From positions 65,107 through 129,106 of the forward strand of contig CASIAP010000009.1 in assembly GCA_949372645.1 (NCBI GenBank): a stretch of 64,000 bases of DNA. The letters are read 5' to 3'. The translations under genes were made by a program, and so were the position numbers. The notes below the pieces were generated by a model. That model saw only the letters and a program-made list of their open reading frames with translations, was not told where the DNA came from and ran no database searches. The DNA comes from Candidatus Poseidoniaceae archaeon (GTDB lineage Archaea; Thermoplasmatota; Poseidoniia; Poseidoniales; Poseidoniaceae). Below are positions 1-10,486 of the stretch, in pieces (the first letter of the stretch is position 1; every line of letters begins with the position of its first letter).

Positions 1-72
1 TGGGAGGACCAATAGTAGGAGGCAGAGAATACCAGCTCCCCATCGAAAATACGATTCACGCATTCAAGACCC

Positions 73-1113
73 TCACATATCGTCCCAAACGTTCCAATCT
101 TTTGATTCAGTTTTTTTGCCTTTGAGTTCTTTCGTCTTTGAGTTTGCAGGACGATCTGTTGTTTTTACACCGTCACTCTCCCCACCAGTATCCCAGTCTG
201 ATATCTCAGAGATATTCGCTAACTTTTTCTTCAGTGGTTGTTGTTGAATTGGTGTTGGTGAGTCAGCAAACGGGTCCTGTACTTCTCGAACAGCATCAGG
301 AGTATCCCCTCGCATGAGCGCATAGACTTGTTCAGTTGTCATGAGTGTTCCCTGCATGACATCCTTCGACCCATCGACAAATCCATCATCAGGTTCCGAG
401 ATTTCACCAATATCTTCGTCAGCAATATCGCCCTCAAGCGGGATGTTCACACCCCGCATAGCAGCCATCATTTCTTCTTGACTTTCAAAAGATTTGAGCA
501 ATTCACCATCGCGCCCAATCACCCGTAATGCCCCATGAATCCTGTTGCTGCGAGTTGTATAAGCAACAACACCCGCAATTGGTAGTAAAATGAACCCTAA
601 GCAACAGATTCCAAATCCAAATATCAATCCACTTGATTCGAGCATTTTAAGCTCCCATCCATCAGTATGAACAATCCAAACAGTTTGTTCTTCACACCCT
701 TCATCAGGGCACGTGCTTTCGACCAACATTTGTCCGCTTTCTTCAGCAATCCATTGTTCATGAATTTCAAATTCAGTTCCATCTGAAGCCATTGGCCTCC
801 AATCCGAGAAACAGGAATTCGGGGTCAGCTCTTCGGTTGATGCATGGGTGACGTCAATGATGGGGCGCAATGTAATGTCCATATCATCCTCATCCTCCAA
901 GAAAATAGCCATGTAGCAGTCGCCTTTTTGGACATCAAAATTAGCTGAACCCGGTCCTTTAATTTGAGTAATAGCATTTTCTCTTGGGTCATAAACAGAA
1001 TCAAGCGCCTCGTCTTGTGCAGCAACAATGATACTTCCAATCACGAGTAAAAGAGCGCCCACAATTGCCAACCGCATTGGCCAGGATGACTTTCTTGCCG
1101 CCCCGTCTCCCAT
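73..1113 (-). CDS. Hypothetical membrane protein (N-terminal TM, second TM, acidic tail)
   Basis: 346-aa ORF with hydrophobic segments LAIVGALLLVIGSIIVAA and LIFGFGICCLGFILLPIAGVV; TTCATTG box 30 nt upstream of ATG. Confidence 0.75.
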   Translation of the reverse strand: MGDGAARKSSWPMRLAIVGALLLVIGSIIVAAQDEALDSVYDPRENAITQIKGPGSANFDVQKGDCYMAIFLEDEDDMDITLRPIIDVTHASTEELTPNSCFSDWRPMASDGTEFEIHEQWIAEESGQMLVESTCPDEGCEEQTVWIVHTDGWELKMLESSGLIFGFGICCLGFILLPIAGVVAYTTRSNRIHGALRVIGRDGELLKSFESQEEMMAAMRGVNIPLEGDIADEDIGEISEPDDGFVDGSKDVMQGTLMTTEQVYALMRGDTPDAVREVQDPFADSPTPIQQQPLKKKLANISEISDWDTGGESDGVKTTDRPANSKTKELKGKKTESKDWNVWDDM

Positions 1114-1155
1114 AGTTTGCCCTCAGCCTTCTTCCTCAATGAATCCTTGCGCCCG

Positions 1156-2253
1156 TCAAGCCAATCCTAATTCGGCTAATTTTTCCGGTAAATATGTTTC
1201 AGTCACGAAATCTAAGCCGTATTTTGCCAAGGATTGTTGTTCAGCTTTCATTCCGAGTTCTAACATCATGTTGATTTGTTCTTGCCACCAGCTGTCGGCA
1301 AATCTCGGATCTGTAAGTTCAGCATTTAATGCTTCAACATCCTTCTTTGACAACTCATCACTTGGCAATTCATACGCGACAATATCATCTGCAGTAATGC
1401 CCAGGTAGGTGGCCGATGGTGTTGCAAGATATTCGGAAATATGTGCAGTTTTAATAGCGCCATAAGCGATTGAAGCAAAGATACGGAAGGACCAGGGATC
1501 ACCGTCAAGGAAGACAACAACTGGTAAATCCCATTCTTCACTCATGCGTTTCATGATACGACGAGTTGAACGAGCAGGTTGTCCTTTGAGATGCAATAAA
1601 CCACAACGATACTCTTCATCAAACCCATTCTCAATCAAACGATCAAACATACCACCGGTCTCGATAGCCATGATGAAATCAATATCATGCTCAAGCAATT
1701 CTATTTTCTCTAATTCGACGTTATACGGTACGCCATATCCCGAATCACCGACGTCATCCCGGGCATTGATTCGCATCCATTCACCACGCCGATTGCGTTC
1801 ACGTAGAGTCAAATTTCCAATCATGCGCGCTCCGTCTTCTTCAGGGCGTAATTTGAAATCTTCTCGTAAACATTTGGTTACGATTTCTAAATCCTCTGCC
1901 AAGTTATTCGAATCATTTTGACTACCGAATTTACCCATGCCCCATCCTTCGGAGATATAGTACATTTCTCTCAAAGTAGAAGATTTTCCAGCGTCAAGCA
2001 TCTCCTCAATGAATTCAACAACGTGTAATGTTCGTAGCAATTGTTTAGCTGAACCAAGACTTGTTGCATCTCTTACTGATTGTTTTTTACCGTATTTGTA
2101 AACACCCAGCTTTTTATCAAAACCAATATTCGTTTTAGTTCGCACAGGGAGAGTCATCGTAGGAGGTTCACCTTTGACGATCCGATCATACATCTCTGCC
2201 ACGACGATGTGCATTGCGGTTTTTGTTTCTTCAGCGGTTCGTGTTCGAGACAT
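1156..2253 (-). CDS. top6A: DNA topoisomerase VI subunit A (Spo11-like)
   Basis: STLREMYY (catalytic Tyr region), IETGGMFDRL, HLKGQPARSTR, LDGDPWS toprim, KAEQQSL; overlaps top6B stop (TGATG) with GGAGGTGA SD. Confidence 0.97.
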   Translation of the reverse strand: MSRTRTAEETKTAMHIVVAEMYDRIVKGEPPTMTLPVRTKTNIGFDKKLGVYKYGKKQSVRDATSLGSAKQLLRTLHVVEFIEEMLDAGKSSTLREMYYISEGWGMGKFGSQNDSNNLAEDLEIVTKCLREDFKLRPEEDGARMIGNLTLRERNRRGEWMRINARDDVGDSGYGVPYNVELEKIELLEHDIDFIMAIETGGMFDRLIENGFDEEYRCGLLHLKGQPARSTRRIMKRMSEEWDLPVVVFLDGDPWSFRIFASIAYGAIKTAHISEYLATPSATYLGITADDIVAYELPSDELSKKDVEALNAELTDPRFADSWWQEQINMMLELGMKAEQQSLAKYGLDFVTETYLPEKLAELGLA

Positions 2254-4343
2254 CAGACCTCACCTCCAAACAGGGTACGTTGGCCTTCAGGTGGGGCGAC
2301 AGCAGGCTCAACATTCTCTTCAACAGGCTCCTTTGAAACCTTTTTCTCTTCGGCTTCAGGTTCGGCCTCATCTTGAGGAGAATCGACGCCACTTTCTATC
2401 AAAATTTGTTCTTGACGACGAATTTCGAGAAGGAATTTTTCATCCATCTTTGTCGCTCCTATGACGTCTTGAGTCCCTCTAAACAAGACTTCAGTTTCTG
2501 TCCAATCTCCGCGTTCTAATCCGCCAAGGCTGTAAGCAATCGTTTTCTTTTCGCCAGGTTGTAATGATTCAAGTTTCCAAGCCCAGACGCCAAGCGCTTC
2601 CTTCCGACCCCCGGTTTCATTGTTCTCCATCACTGCCCCCGACTTTTCTGGCCATGTTGCCAGTATCGTGTAGGCGCGCACTCGGCTTGTATAATTGAAC
2701 AATACAATCTCAACATCGGTTTGCTTTGTTTGCTTATTCCATTCAGTAGTCGTCTCGGAGATAACTGCAGACATAATCTTGGTGATTGAGCCGGAAAGTT
2801 CCGGAACCGGGCGATCGAGAATTTCAGCTGATTTCTTAGCGATGGCTGGTAAAATATCATTGATGAGTTCGAACTTTTCCTTGGTTTTCGCCATTTTCTT
2901 TTTCTTTTCTAAATGCTTTCTTAAGCCTCGACCTACTTCGAGCATTGCCTTTCTTCCTTCTTCCATTACTTCCGCATTATCGGCGAGAGCTTCCTTTGCT
3001 TCGGAAGTAAACTGAACATTGGTACTGGCAAGGTGAACTAAGATTGCAGCAGGCCCTTTTGGCACACCCCTCCCTCCTGCTTGGTCTAATCCGTATTGGC
3101 GCCAATCAACACTCTCGATAGCTTTGGTAAGTAGGCAACCGCCTTGCTGATACATGAGTGGGACGCGATTGGCGAACCGTAGAATTTCAACAGGTTTATC
3201 TCCAGCCATAGCGCCTCCGAAAATCAATCCAACTTCAATTTGGAAAGGGTTCCCTTGCGTTACGCTTGGAACTCGAGTGAGCGTTGATACGAAACGAGAG
3301 TCAATTGTTTTCGAAAGACCTTTTTTAATGAGCAGTTCTTCAATTGGCGACAAACAATTCGTAGGAGGTTTGAGTAATTTTACGGGTAATCCGTTGAACA
3401 GCCGCTCACCCTGGAAGGCTTCCAAAAGTGCACGTATATCGTCGCCTTTGACCGTCTTGATTTTTCTAGTGCCGGCGATCTCTGCAGCTTCGCATAATTC
3501 TTTGCGGGCACGATTCGTCACACCTGAGAAATTATTGAGCAGGAAATGGTTCACATTCAAATCATTTGATTCAGCAACCATTCGTTGCAATTGACCCAAC
3601 TCAATGCCATGCGGATGAGGCTTGATACTTTCGACCTTTGTTGGAAGGCGTTCAGTGACTCGAGTCCAATGATGCTTTTCTCCATCGGGATCGGTAAAAA
3701 TTATTTCTGCGTGCGGGTTGACAATACTGGTCATGCGGAGGTATTGCCAAACACTCTGGCGGCCTTTCTGGTATTTTGCCTTCATTTCAGCAGTGACTTC
3801 AGTGCCGTGTTCTTTTCCAGTACCGTCCTCATTATACCAAATTTCACGTCCAGCGTTTGCCTTAGTCGCCTTATTCTTCCGTGTATCAAGCCCGATGTCA
3901 ACAAAAGCAGCTGTTGGTTCTGTAGCAATTTTTGAACGCACATGAGTTGTTCTACCGGTCGTGAGTTGACAATACATAACTACGCCAGTAATTCCGATTC
4001 CTTGCTGCCCTCGTGATTGGCGAATTGCGTGGAATCGAGAACCGAAAAGGAGCTGTCCAAAGACCTTCTCAATACTCTTTTGAGGTATTCCAGGGCCGTT
4101 ATCTTCAACAACCATTCGGATGATATCCTTCTGAGCATCGACCTTTGTGACTTGGATTCGGATGGTTGGCAGAATACGGGCCTCCTCGCATGCATCCAAT
4201 GCATTATCTACAGCTTCCTTTACTGCAGTGATGAGTGAACGTGCTAGGGAATCAAATCCGAGAAAATGCTTATTTTTTTCAAAAAACTCAGAAATTGCAA
4301 CTTGCTTTTGATTCGATGCGAGTTTTTGTGCGATGCCAGTCAT
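2253..4343 (-). CDS. top6B: DNA topoisomerase VI subunit B (GHKL ATPase)
   Basis: SEFFEKN, KEAVDNALDACE, EDNGPGI, QSRGQQGIG, LRFANRVPL motifs; adjacent to top6A. Confidence 0.97.
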   Translation of the reverse strand: MTGIAQKLASNQKQVAISEFFEKNKHFLGFDSLARSLITAVKEAVDNALDACEEARILPTIRIQVTKVDAQKDIIRMVVEDNGPGIPQKSIEKVFGQLLFGSRFHAIRQSRGQQGIGITGVVMYCQLTTGRTTHVRSKIATEPTAAFVDIGLDTRKNKATKANAGREIWYNEDGTGKEHGTEVTAEMKAKYQKGRQSVWQYLRMTSIVNPHAEIIFTDPDGEKHHWTRVTERLPTKVESIKPHPHGIELGQLQRMVAESNDLNVNHFLLNNFSGVTNRARKELCEAAEIAGTRKIKTVKGDDIRALLEAFQGERLFNGLPVKLLKPPTNCLSPIEELLIKKGLSKTIDSRFVSTLTRVPSVTQGNPFQIEVGLIFGGAMAGDKPVEILRFANRVPLMYQQGGCLLTKAIESVDWRQYGLDQAGGRGVPKGPAAILVHLASTNVQFTSEAKEALADNAEVMEEGRKAMLEVGRGLRKHLEKKKKMAKTKEKFELINDILPAIAKKSAEILDRPVPELSGSITKIMSAVISETTTEWNKQTKQTDVEIVLFNYTSRVRAYTILATWPEKSGAVMENNETGGRKEALGVWAWKLESLQPGEKKTIAYSLGGLERGDWTETEVLFRGTQDVIGATKMDEKFLLEIRRQEQILIESGVDSPQDEAEPEAEEKKVSKEPVEENVEPAVAPPEGQRTLFGGEV

Positions 4344-4486
4344 GGTATTCCCCCAACACAGGTCCTCCTTTGTCCCAATGACATCGGGCCTTTGTGGTAA
4401 GCAACCATGCCGCTCGACGGTTTTTAATGTCTAAGACAGAACATCATCAATGAACTTCTTTTTTCAGGATTTTGAGTCCTTCCAAA

Positions 4487-6475
4487 TCATTGAAACAATT
4501 CTTCATGCCAAGAGGCAATGATTCCCATGAATGCAGATGCTGCAACGGTCAACGGGCTGGCGAGGTAGAGTTTACCAGGCCCTGAACGCCCTTGAAAATT
4601 CCGATTAATTGCCGAAACAGTCACTTGTTCGGGCGTGATTGATACTCCTGGACCTGCACCAATACAAGCGCCGCATCCAGGATCGATGAGTTTGACGCCG
4701 ACTCGCCCGAACAAGTCATGCCATCCTTCATTGACTGCCAAATCTTTAACGATACCAGATCCATATTGAATATAGAAATCAACTCCATCTTTGACTACGA
4801 GGCCCGCGTCTTCAGCAGCTTGGCAAACTTGAGCATAGTAGGCAACATCATCAGCTTTCCCAGCAGTGCATGAGCCGCCGTAAGCGATATCGATGGACAC
4901 ATCGCCAATTTCAGCAATGTTTGCACCGTTGGTTGGGTCACTCGGAATCCCTTCATCAGGATTGCCCGGGTGAGCAACCATTGGTTGAATCTCTGACATA
5001 TTGATGGTATGAACTCCACCATGGTATTGAGCCCCTTCATCGGCATGAACTGCCCGACTCTTCTGAGTCTCCAAATCCAAATGCGGTTGAGATTTAATCA
5101 TCCAATCGAACAGCGAGTCATCAGCTTCACAAATTCCAGTTCGACCAGAACATTCTGTGGCCATGTTACAGAGTGTAGCTCGCTCATCAACGGAAAGACT
5201 CGCTAATCCTTCTCCACCAAATTCCATACTTCGATTCAAGGTTAATTCTTCTCGTGCATGGTCTGCTAAGATGTAGAGGATGACGTCTTTGGCGGTGCAA
5301 CCCGGTACGAGTGTGCCGACCAATTCAAAACGAATTGATTCAGGGACTTTGATTGAGGTAAATCCAGCGCTGATGAGATTGGCATATTCAGTCGCCCCAA
5401 CACCCCAGGTAAGTGCGTTTGATGCGCCACCCATGCATGTATGAGAGTCTGTCGCCTGGATGAAATCACCCACTTCAATGAATTCTTCCCGAGCGACTTG
5501 GTGGCATATTCCTGGCGAGACGCCATCTTTAGCAGAGTAATCGCGAACCGAAGTATGCTTTTGGAATTCGACTTGCAGGTCGCGCAAAGTTTGAATTTTA
5601 TCCATATGCGGTACAAATTTAGGATTGTGATGGGCATAGAGTAGATGATCTTCAAAAACTGCGAATTTACTTGGATTTGGGAGCGTGTAGTCTTCACCGT
5701 ATTCATTTTGAAGGAAGGTATGAACCTGAGCGGTCGTGAACTCATGTGAATATCCACCCTGAACTTGGGCGATAACAGGGTCGCCCGGTTTGACGCATTG
5801 CCCATCAGCTTGCCCTACAAGATTACGCGCGATAATTTTCTCAGCCATGGTCATTGGGCGAGGAGGCGTATCCAGTGGTGGAAGTTCGATTTCTCCATTT
5901 TTGAGTGATTTCGCAAAAGCGAACAAACCGCCTTTCTCGAGAATAATTTGGGTGACTTTATCGTAGCGAGAAGTGAATTCCTCAAGGGCGATACTTTCGC
6001 CGTTTTGCAAACGTTTGAGCATTGAGTGGTCGCCCATAATTTGACCAAGGTTGATATTATTCTGTGCATGAATAGGGGCAAAAGATGCAGCTATGACGAT
6101 ATTAATCCCTGCCCAGCGTTCACATTGAGGGGCTGTTTCTCTTGAAGAGCCTGTGCCTTTCCGTTGTCCGGAAACAATCACTTCAAAGTTACCGTTTTTG
6201 AGAGCATTTTCATTGAAGACTCGTAATCCGTTATGCATCAATCCTGCGTATGCATTCTTTGCAATCTCGGCAGGATCATGATCAAAACAAACCCACGCAG
6301 GCGTCATGACGTCCGTATTGATGTCATCAAGTAAATCCTCAATCGTTAAATCTTCCATTTTTAAATCGAGCCCATCATACAATTGTTGCTTGATAAGTCC
6401 GAGGTCTTTGGTAAGAAAGAGAACCCTTTTCCCGGGGCTGAGGGAGATTTTTGCCGGCGGCCAATTGTCCCTCAT
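4487..6475 (-). CDS. Aconitase-family dehydratase; single chain with LeuD-like swivel domain N-terminal to LeuC-like [4Fe-4S] domain
   Basis: N-term DDINTD...GSSRE swivel motifs; then GICHQV, DSHTCMGGA, GGSCTAG, CGACIG, NRNFQGRSG, LASP. Confidence 0.88.
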   Translation of the reverse strand: MRDNWPPAKISLSPGKRVLFLTKDLGLIKQQLYDGLDLKMEDLTIEDLLDDINTDVMTPAWVCFDHDPAEIAKNAYAGLMHNGLRVFNENALKNGNFEVIVSGQRKGTGSSRETAPQCERWAGINIVIAASFAPIHAQNNINLGQIMGDHSMLKRLQNGESIALEEFTSRYDKVTQIILEKGGLFAFAKSLKNGEIELPPLDTPPRPMTMAEKIIARNLVGQADGQCVKPGDPVIAQVQGGYSHEFTTAQVHTFLQNEYGEDYTLPNPSKFAVFEDHLLYAHHNPKFVPHMDKIQTLRDLQVEFQKHTSVRDYSAKDGVSPGICHQVAREEFIEVGDFIQATDSHTCMGGASNALTWGVGATEYANLISAGFTSIKVPESIRFELVGTLVPGCTAKDVILYILADHAREELTLNRSMEFGGEGLASLSVDERATLCNMATECSGRTGICEADDSLFDWMIKSQPHLDLETQKSRAVHADEGAQYHGGVHTINMSEIQPMVAHPGNPDEGIPSDPTNGANIAEIGDVSIDIAYGGSCTAGKADDVAYYAQVCQAAEDAGLVVKDGVDFYIQYGSGIVKDLAVNEGWHDLFGRVGVKLIDPGCGACIGAGPGVSITPEQVTVSAINRNFQGRSGPGKLYLASPLTVAASAFMGIIASWHEELFQ

Positions 6476-6582
6476 CGCTCCCCCTCAAACCCTTTCAAGC
6501 GCTCAGTGTTGATAACCGGTTCGGGAAAAAACCATCAAGGAAAAGTCTAATTTTAGGATAAAAACACTGTTCCCGCAATCCA

Positions 6583-6616
6583 CAAGTTTAATACTATGGA
6601 TAATCAAGTTTAAATA
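6583..6616 (+). promoter_or_regulatory. Tandem TATA-like boxes upstream of tfb
   Basis: CAAGTTTAA at 6583 and again at 6605 (22-bp spacing), second followed by ATA (TTTAAATA). Confidence 0.5.
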
Positions 6617-6691
6617 AGATTGGATTTCGGTGTATAATAAGGTTCCCTCGTACGCTGTGCCATAATGCTCGGCGAGGGCGAAAAATGAGGA

Positions 6692-7624
6692 ATGGATATG
6701 GATGAACAACAAGTAGAAGATATCGTAAAATGCAGTGATTGTGCAGGTCGAAATTTAACTCGTGACGAGACTCGTGGCGAAGTCGTTTGTGATGACTGTG
6801 GATTGGTTTTAGAAGACAATGTTATTGACCAAGGCGCAGAATGGCGAGTGTTCTCTCCTGAACAAGGAGATCAACGTGCCCGTACTGGTGCTCCAATGAC
6901 TGTCATGCTCCACGACAAAGGTCTCTCGACTGATATCGATTGGCAAAACAAAGATTACTCTGGAAAAACCATTAACTCCCGTTATAGATCACAATTCTAC
7001 CGAATGCGTAAGTGGCAAAAGCGAAGCAGAGTTTCTAATGCAACTGAGCGAAACTTAGCCATGGCTTTGGCTGAGCTGGACCGTATGGCAAGTCGACTTG
7101 AACTTCCGAAGTCTGTTCGTGAAGCAGCAGCAGTCAATTACAAGAAAGCAGTTGACAAGCGATTAATTCGTGGACGTTCGATTGAAGGTGTTGCAGCAGC
7201 ATCCCTTTACGCAGCTTGCCGCCAATGTGGAGTTCCCCGAACACTTGATGAAATTGGTCAAGCATCCCGTACTGGTCGTAAAGAAATCGGTCGTACCTAC
7301 CGTTTCATGGTTCGTGAACTCAAAATGAAGATTATGCCAACAGGCCCAGAAGATTACATCTCCAGATTCTGTTCTGGACTTGGACTCGATGCTGAGGTTG
7401 AAGCAAAGGCTTACGAACTCATCAAAGCAGCTCAAGAGAAGGAATTGACAAGTGGCCGTGGACCTACTGGAATTGCAGCCTCTATCATTTACATCGCTTC
7501 TGTCCTGTGCGGAAAGCGCAGAACTCAGCGTGAAGTTGCTGAAGTCGCCGGTGTAACTGAAGTAACTATTCGTAACCGTTACAAGGAACTCATTCAAAAT
7601 CTCAATATCGAACTTGATATTTGA
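6692..7624 (+). CDS. tfb: Transcription initiation factor IIB (TFB)
   Basis: Zn ribbon CSDC...CDDCG, B-reader EWRVFS...RARTGAP, two cyclin repeats, [13 protein letters not shown]. Confidence 0.98.
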   Translation: MDMDEQQVEDIVKCSDCAGRNLTRDETRGEVVCDDCGLVLEDNVIDQGAEWRVFSPEQGDQRARTGAPMTVMLHDKGLSTDIDWQNKDYSGKTINSRYRSQFYRMRKWQKRSRVSNATERNLAMALAELDRMASRLELPKSVREAAAVNYKKAVDKRLIRGRSIEGVAAASLYAACRQCGVPRTLDEIGQASRTGRKEIGRTYRFMVRELKMKIMPTGPEDYISRFCSGLGLDAEVEAKAYELIKAAQEKELTSGRGPTGIAASIIYIASVLCGKRRTQREVAEVAGVTEVTIRNRYKELIQNLNIELDI

Positions 7625-7657
7625 GCAGGGTGCCAGTTGAAACCTCGAGGTCTCATC

Positions 7658-9142
7658 ATGGGAAAAGAGCGAACTAAATTGTCAGACAATGTCTTCGAGG
7701 CAGTATCTGCTGGAATGGTTGAAGCATTGAAACGCGGCACGATTGCATGGCCTTTACCCCAACCCCCGATGACAGATCCAGACTTCCCACCAATCCCCCC
7801 GCAATCCCCCGAATCAGTTATTGAGCAGGGTATTGGTATTTTGCAAATGGACCGAGCAATGTTCGAATCAAATCTCAACACAGTTGTCGATTTGATCGTA
7901 CCCCATCGAATGAATCTCAGTGATGACCCCTTTACCGTTCATCAAAAATGGCTCCACCGGCGCGTTGACAAGGTTGCTGAAAGCCTCCTCTTTACAGTGA
8001 CAACCGATTGGTTGGCTCAAGCGTTTGACCACTCTGCTCCAAACACTGACCGTTGGTGGCTGGCAATATCACTCCTCAACGGCCTATCTACGACTGCTCA
8101 TGGCCAACCTGTTCACCAAGGATATCACCTTGTTGAATCGATTGCATTGGCTGAACGCCCTGGGACCTGGCACACACAACCGGATGCTGGCCCCCATCAA
8201 TCAGAATGGAACCCTCATGCAGTCATCCCTCGTAATTCAGGCGTTGTAGCACACGATGCTGGCGTTACAGCGGCACGTTGGTTGATTGAAAAATTGGAAA
8301 ACGATTCTCTCGATCGTCGTCTTTTGCTGATGGAATGGGTTCGCCTGCTCCTTCAACGACCAAACCTCATCGAACCTCTTGGACTTACCGAAATTCTTCT
8401 TCGCCGCGCCTCAGATCCCGAGGCTGAAGTCGCAGCACGCGTAACTCTTTGCTTGGCGAAGGCGATAGAATTCAACCGCGACACTGGACTTGAACTTGCA
8501 AAACGCCTCCATCAACGCGATGAACTTCTTGTCAAGCGAGGAATGGCGGATGTCCTCACTCGAATGTTCCGTCGACTCGAATGGGATGCAGTACCGTTTC
8601 TGAACGACATGCTCGCCGCCCAAGACGAAGGAGTCCTCGCTGCTGCAAGTGCAACCGTAGGGGATTTGAGATTCCTTGATTCTGAATTATGGGCCGACAC
8701 CATCGCCAAATTGGCACACCACCCCCTCCCCATTGTCCGGCGAAATTTGGTTCCCTTCCTACGCGATTATATCGAGCAATACCCCGAAGACCAACGCCAT
8801 CTTCTCCCAATTCTTTGGCAAGATGGTGACGAAGTCGTCCGTACACGGATGCGAGAATTATTGATGCGAATGGAAGAAGTATCGCCTGACCATTTTGCTG
8901 CACGCCTTCAAGACTTCAAAGCACAAGGCTGCTCACTCGAACCACTTTGGGAACCGCTCACACACCGGCGCCCTGAACGAAGCCGTCTATGGCAAGCTTG
9001 GTTTGCTGGCGAGGGTGAACAACCTACCCTGCCCGAAACACGCCCTGCACCTCACAGTGACATGGATGACTCAGGAGACTTACCGTCCGTAGAAGATGCC
9101 TATGAGATCTTAGATCAAGAACTCGGCTTCCTCGATGACTGA
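7658..9142 (+). CDS. Hypothetical protein with C-terminal HEAT/ARM-like helical repeats
   Basis: About 494-aa ORF; repeated L..L..D....V(R/A) units (RRASDPEAEVAARV, HQRDELLVKRG, HHPLPIVRRN, QDGDEVVRTR); start uncertain (7637 or 7658). Confidence 0.6.
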   Translation: MGKERTKLSDNVFEAVSAGMVEALKRGTIAWPLPQPPMTDPDFPPIPPQSPESVIEQGIGILQMDRAMFESNLNTVVDLIVPHRMNLSDDPFTVHQKWLHRRVDKVAESLLFTVTTDWLAQAFDHSAPNTDRWWLAISLLNGLSTTAHGQPVHQGYHLVESIALAERPGTWHTQPDAGPHQSEWNPHAVIPRNSGVVAHDAGVTAARWLIEKLENDSLDRRLLLMEWVRLLLQRPNLIEPLGLTEILLRRASDPEAEVAARVTLCLAKAIEFNRDTGLELAKRLHQRDELLVKRGMADVLTRMFRRLEWDAVPFLNDMLAAQDEGVLAAASATVGDLRFLDSELWADTIAKLAHHPLPIVRRNLVPFLRDYIEQYPEDQRHLLPILWQDGDEVVRTRMRELLMRMEEVSPDHFAARLQDFKAQGCSLEPLWEPLTHRRPERSRLWQAWFAGEGEQPTLPETRPAPHSDMDDSGDLPSVEDAYEILDQELGFLDD

Positions 9143-9144
9143 AA

Positions 9145-9567
9145 TCATTCTTCTTCAGAAGAAGAAGCCAATGGGCCAACGGTAACGAGCCCGACATAGA
9201 TTGCATTAAGAACAACTAAACTTCCGATGAGGGTTAGAATCATTCCCGTTGGTTCAGGTACCAACTCCTTTACATCAGCCCAGACCAGTACTTTGACACA
9301 TAATAAACATCCAAGTCCAAACAGTAAAACATTTCTCCACGTATCTTCAGGTGCTACCCACAAATTGATTGTCGGCGCTACACCTTTACGATCAAACGCC
9401 CATCGAAACCAAGCCAGGTAAAGCAATGTTAGACCGACTAATCCGAGCATGCCCCTTGAGAAAGAACGAGAGTCCCAAGGCCCTTCTGGTGTCAAATCAA
9501 CAAAAGATTGAGCCACCAAAACAACACCTACAACGGCGAACCATCGCCACTCATGAGTTCTGCCCAT
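9145..9567 (-). CDS. Small multi-pass membrane protein
   Basis: Four hydrophobic segments; ATG 9567 chosen because it avoids overlap with the 9620 gene and has a promoter box at -29. Confidence 0.65.
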   Translation of the reverse strand: MGRTHEWRWFAVVGVVLVAQSFVDLTPEGPWDSRSFSRGMLGLVGLTLLYLAWFRWAFDRKGVAPTINLWVAPEDTWRNVLLFGLGCLLCVKVLVWADVKELVPEPTGMILTLIGSLVVLNAIYVGLVTVGPLASSSEEE

Positions 9568-9589
9568 ATTCCAAGGCAGAAGGGCGACG

Positions 9590-9597
9590 CTTGAAAG
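9590..9597. promoter_or_regulatory. Putative bidirectional core promoter box CTTGAAAG
   Basis: Lies about 29 nt from both divergent ATGs (9567 minus, 9620 plus). Confidence 0.5.
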
Positions 9598-9619
9598 CCT
9601 ACGCCATCCAGCAGGTCTC

Positions 9620-10486
9620 ATGGCGGTCGTTCAGGATGCCTTACTGGTTGCAGGAGGTCTTGGGACTCGAATGCTTCCGACCAGCGCCTCAGTGCCAAAG
9701 GAGGCCCTTCCACTTGTTGACGTACCAGCTCTAGTCCATCTTGCACGTGAGGCAGTCGCCGCAGGCGCACGGCGTCTTCACATCATCTCTTCTCCAAGAA
9801 AAGATATGAAGGCGTTGATTGGAGATCATGCTTGGCTTCAAGAAAAGCGACCAGACCTTGACCCTCAACTCCTTTCACCGTTCGCTGATGTAGAGGTCTT
9901 CATCCATATTCAGCATGAACCTCTTGGTTTAGGAAACGCTATCCAGTGTGCTTTAGACGAGGTTAATGGACCTTTTTTGGTCTTACTCGGCGATAATATA
10001 TTACTCGACCAACATACTTCGCCAAATGCCTTTTCACCTTCAAAAGCAAGCAAGAAATTAGTTGAAAGCTTCGAAAAGAATGGTCTCCCGTGCGTTGGTT
10101 TACTAACAGTCCACTCCGATGAAGTCTCAAACTATGGGGTCGTTCGTCAGGAAGGGGAAAGAATTCTTGAAATATGTGAGAAACCGTTGCCAGGAAATGC
10201 GCCATCAAATCTTGTTCTTTGTGGGCGTTATTTGTTTACTGCTGATGCCAAAAAATTATTGCAACACTACGACGTTGAAACCTATGGGGAACTTCAGTCG
10301 ATTGCTCTTCAACAGCATTGGATGAAAAACGATGGCCTCATCGGTGTTGAACTTACAAACTTCCAATGGTATGATTCTGGTAAACCCTTACCTTGGCTTC
10401 AAGCTCAGGTTGACCATGCTTTACGGCGTAACGATCTTTCGACATCATTCAGAGCATGGCTTCAAGAACGGCTTGCTGAAGATTAA
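9620..10486 (+). CDS. Sugar-1-phosphate nucleotidyltransferase, GalU-like
   Basis: AGGLGTRMLP...PKEALP, QHEPLGLGNA, LLGD, YGVV, EKP, YDSG motifs. Confidence 0.85.
   Translation: MAVVQDALLVAGGLGTRMLPTSASVPKEALPLVDVPALVHLAREAVAAGARRLHIISSPRKDMKALIGDHAWLQEKRPDLDPQLLSPFADVEVFIHIQHEPLGLGNAIQCALDEVNGPFLVLLGDNILLDQHTSPNAFSPSKASKKLVESFEKNGLPCVGLLTVHSDEVSNYGVVRQEGERILEICEKPLPGNAPSNLVLCGRYLFTADAKKLLQHYDVETYGELQSIALQQHWMKNDGLIGVELTNFQWYDSGKPLPWLQAQVDHALRRNDLSTSFRAWLQERLAED

Noticed and set aside
1..63. Start of a minus-strand gene running off the window (e.g. MGAGILCLLLLVLP from ATG 43)
   Set aside because: Too little sequence to fix the frame or product.
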